A stretch of DNA of 64,000 nt, taken from NCBI RefSeq assembly GCF_052425735.1, contig NC_135761.1:17298001-17362000 (forward strand), given 5' to 3'. Origin of the DNA: Oculina patagonica. Taxonomy: Eukaryota. Positions 60,845-64,000 of the stretch are shown here, piece after piece (position 1 is the stretch's first letter; every line of letters starts with the position of its first letter). A program made the translations under genes and the position numbers. Under the pieces are notes generated by a model that was not told where the DNA came from, made no database searches, and saw only the letters and a list, made by a program, of their open reading frames with translations.

Positions 60845-61119
60845 TACAGGGCCCGGAGTCAATCTTATTTTAGTCACCAATACGCTTAATACAATGTGGT
60901 GCAATGCTAATACAACGTTCTTTGCACCATTTCATGAGATGTACAGCAATGTACTGGTATCATCTGATGCACAGAAATCCTCACTTCTGGAAGACATAAT
61001 TATACAAATAAAATTGATTACGAAACTGATCTCAGTTCTCAACTACTAGCACTGTACTAAATTCCCTGAAGTCAAACCATGGTCAAAACAGCCATCTGCA
61101 TTAATTTTGGTCCATTAGG

Positions 61120-61755
61120 CAGGGTCTAAAGGAGGGTGGCTATATTAGGCTATAGCCCATCATGAGGCCTAATTTTTTTCACCATGGAGCCTGATCGAAT
61201 CCCCAGGGGGGGGGGGGTACTCAAAAAAGTTTTATATGGGGAGGCTCCGCTCCAAGTTCTAACCCCTTACCCTTTTATATACCATTTTTGACAGAAATTG
61301 TACCCCTTTTGTATATCTTTAACTGAAAAAAGGCACCCCTTTCATATACCTAAGAGACATGGCGTGGACTTAAAATAGGACGTTTTCTTGTCGACATTTT
61401 TATGTAGCGCTTAATAAATTAAAATAATACAACCATAAATTGTGTCTGTTCGAAATATTTTAATTAAAGGCCCTTTTAAATAGCCAAATGACAGATTTCC
61501 ATACCCTTTCATATACTTAAACTCGTGAAATCCCTACCCTTTTATATACCTGAAGGCTGAAAAAGGTACCCATTTCGGGCGGAGCCTCCCCGTATAGGCC
61601 ATTATAGGGAGTACCCCCCCCCCCCCCCCCCCGGGATCGAATCATGAAGCCCCATCATTTTGCCCAAAACATTTGCTACAGAGCTTTTTGCAAGCCCTGG
61701 GAGCTGACTTTTTTGGGTCCAGAGCCCTGGAGCCCTAAACTTCTCTGGGACCCTG
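61120..61755. mobile_element. hAT-like MITE with 6-bp TSD and a nested MITE
   Basis: ATTAGG|CAGGGTC ... GACCCTG|ATTAGG. Confidence 0.65.
61201..61635 (+). mobile_element. CCCC...GGG MITE (full copy of the family at 679-893)
   Basis: CCCCAGGGG...GGTACTC ... GAGTACCCC...CCGGG; flanked by the ATCGAAT direct repeat. Confidence 0.8.
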
Positions 61756-63077
61756 ATTAGGGAAAGGGGAAGGCATAGCAATTTTTCTTTTCACTTAGGA
61801 ATCCTGCCAATCAACAAAAAAGACATTTATTAACTAAACACTTACATTATGATGACACTGTCATGAAGACATTTACATGAAGATCAATTGTGTGTGCTAA
61901 CCTAGCCTCCTACGCAGATGTCCTTTGGACTCATCATGCGGAGGAACGTGTGATGAGCCCAAAGCAAGTCTGCGTTGGAGGCTAATGAGAAGAGGGGGAG
62001 ACATGGGGGTTTGCGATGTTGTAGTATTGCTAATTTATATGGCAGTGTTCAGTGCAGTGAATAAAATCCCATCTAGCCTGTGTTGCAGACGAACTAAACC
62101 CTGGCAGGCTTAATCCCATCTTGCAGCGAATCTCAAACCATACGGTGTGCGATGTTTGTGTTTTTGAGCCTACAGTGTTCGGCGAAACAAAATTGCACAA
62201 GAAAATATGATGAAACACCGTCACCGCAATATAGTCAAGTTACTTATCAATGAAAACGGATTGGGATTGGCAGCTTAAACGTATTTTGTTACACAACATG
62301 GAACGTATTTTAAACAATTTTATAAGCACTGTTAATGAAGATATTAGAGCTAAATTTCCATAACACCGCTAACAATTGCGGTGTTTTATGTGGTGTTGCG
62401 GTGTTGAGGGTCCCCCAATTGTGGGGAGGAGTGAAATACGATCGCCCCTAAAAACGACTGCGTGGGAAGCTAATCCTAACCCAGATAAATATGATGTCAA
62501 ATGCCTGCCCAGGGGGGAGTGGGTACTGTCGTGCTGAGACAAGTTTAATTTTGTTCTAGCTATAAATTTTTCAACAAGTCTAACAATTTGACGAAATATA
62601 GCTGTGTGCATTAAAATATTGTCAAAGGCATTCAGAACTTTTCAACATTTCGTTATATTGCACACTTCAAGCGGCGTAAAGCTGCGAAAACAAAATTTTG
62701 TCTCTTCGGGAATGCCCCTCAAGTATGCCCCTAGCTAGGATCGATTTTTACCAGCCGTGTCGGACCAGTAGAATCGGTTAATTTTACGTGAAACTACAAT
62801 ATCACTTCATTGTGTTCACTAACCCTACAAATAACTCACCAAAACATCAATCAATTGTAGAATTTCCGAGGCAAAATGATCCGCAAAATCTTGTGTGGAA
62901 CACACAAGCTTAGTAGCCTGGCCGTTTACCTAATCGACAGTGGACTGGAAGCTAGAAATTACATGTTGTTAGTTTTGCAACATGGCGGACCGGCGGACTG
63001 TGGAACTGCCTTTCTTTAATATTTATCTGTCAGTTTCATTATTGATTTGACCTTGCTCTTTAAAACAAGAGTAGAGT

Positions 63078-63260
63078 ATGGGGGATAAAGACTGCAAGAA
63101 ACTACCAGTGTACAAAGTTGCTCTGTGTGGGAAAACTGAAGTTGGAAAAACGTCCATATTTCGCCGCCTTCGAGGTGATGGCTTCAAAGACGATACATCA
63201 AAGTTCGATAATTTGGCAGAAGACAAGATCAAAGTCCGAGTTCAAGATAAAACCATTAAA
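63078..63260 (+). CDS. Divergent Rab-like small GTPase D, exon 1 (rest outside the window)
   Basis: Encodes MGDKDCKKLPVYKVALCGKTEVGKTSIFRRL...VQDKTIK, then |GTGAGG; 183 bp, phase 0; most similar to gene C exon 1. Confidence 0.85.
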
Positions 63261-64000
63261 GTGAGGAATGAGCTGAGTAATAAATAAATGATATGCAATC
63301 ACGTACTGGAGGCCAGTTAAAGATAACGCCACCTCACTCCCATAAGCCTTGAGAACAAATGGACAATGTCCATTTCTACATGTAAGCTTAGTTCAGGTTT
63401 TGTTGTTGTTGTAGCAGCTTCATCTATCAGAGCATTGCAGTGCGTGGCTTTATCTTAAATTGATCGAAGCAATGTAGACAAGTAGTTTTTTTTTTTTGTG
63501 TATTATCTGCACAGTTGCTGCATGATGACCTCAAGGGGTTTATTTTCAAAGTAAGCTTCAGATAAACATTAACTACATACCGGTAATTAATATAGTAGTC
63601 AATAACTTAAATTGATACCCCCCCTCCCCTTCTTAGGATGTGGCTCTTGGCTGGTCAGTGTTGTCATTTATCACTCATTGATAATATTCTCCATTCATTT
63701 GGTATATTTACCTCTAAGGGGCAAAATAAGCTAGAGACACACCCTCAAAAGTGGATTTCGGTTTCTTTTTGTGATGTTTCTCAAAATTTCTCATGGGTAT
63801 TTTCAGCTCTATTATATGGGAGCTTCTTGATCCCCCATAAATGGTAGGGGTGTAACAATACATCAAACTATCAATGCATCGTGATTGGGGGTGTTCCGAT
63901 AGCAATGCATCTTTCACAAATTCAATTTTCGATAGCAATCGCGATAGTCTCGTTAACTATCAATAGTTACGATAGTTTTTCAAATGGTGTCCTGTAGTAC

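Overview
Eukaryotic, intron-rich, repeat-rich DNA with four scaffold gaps (8164-8663, 9098-9347, 9568-9908, 34521-34711). It is probably from a cnidarian or stony coral; this is inferred from repeat and gene style and cannot be proven here. From left to right: (1) two exons of a minus-strand DOMON-domain gene; (2) a near-intact Mag-clade Ty3/Gypsy retrotransposon with LTRs of only 56-57 bp; (3) two tandem copies of a gene for a secreted, probably GPI-anchored protein (signal peptide, EGSG/Thr-rich repeats, SEA domain, 8-Cys module, hydrophobic tail). Copy 1 is cut by a gap. Copy 2 is complete but carries three lesions and has a young BEL/Pao element in its 14-kb first intron; (4) an isolated 123-aa single-exon ORF with a PP1-docking-like motif; (5) four divergent Rab-like small GTPase genes in two head-to-head pairs. 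They share one intron position, and the three with a visible switch II all lack the catalytic Gln. Many MITEs, SINEs, LINE fragments and microsatellites fill the rest. No rRNA, real tRNA or CRISPR array was seen.
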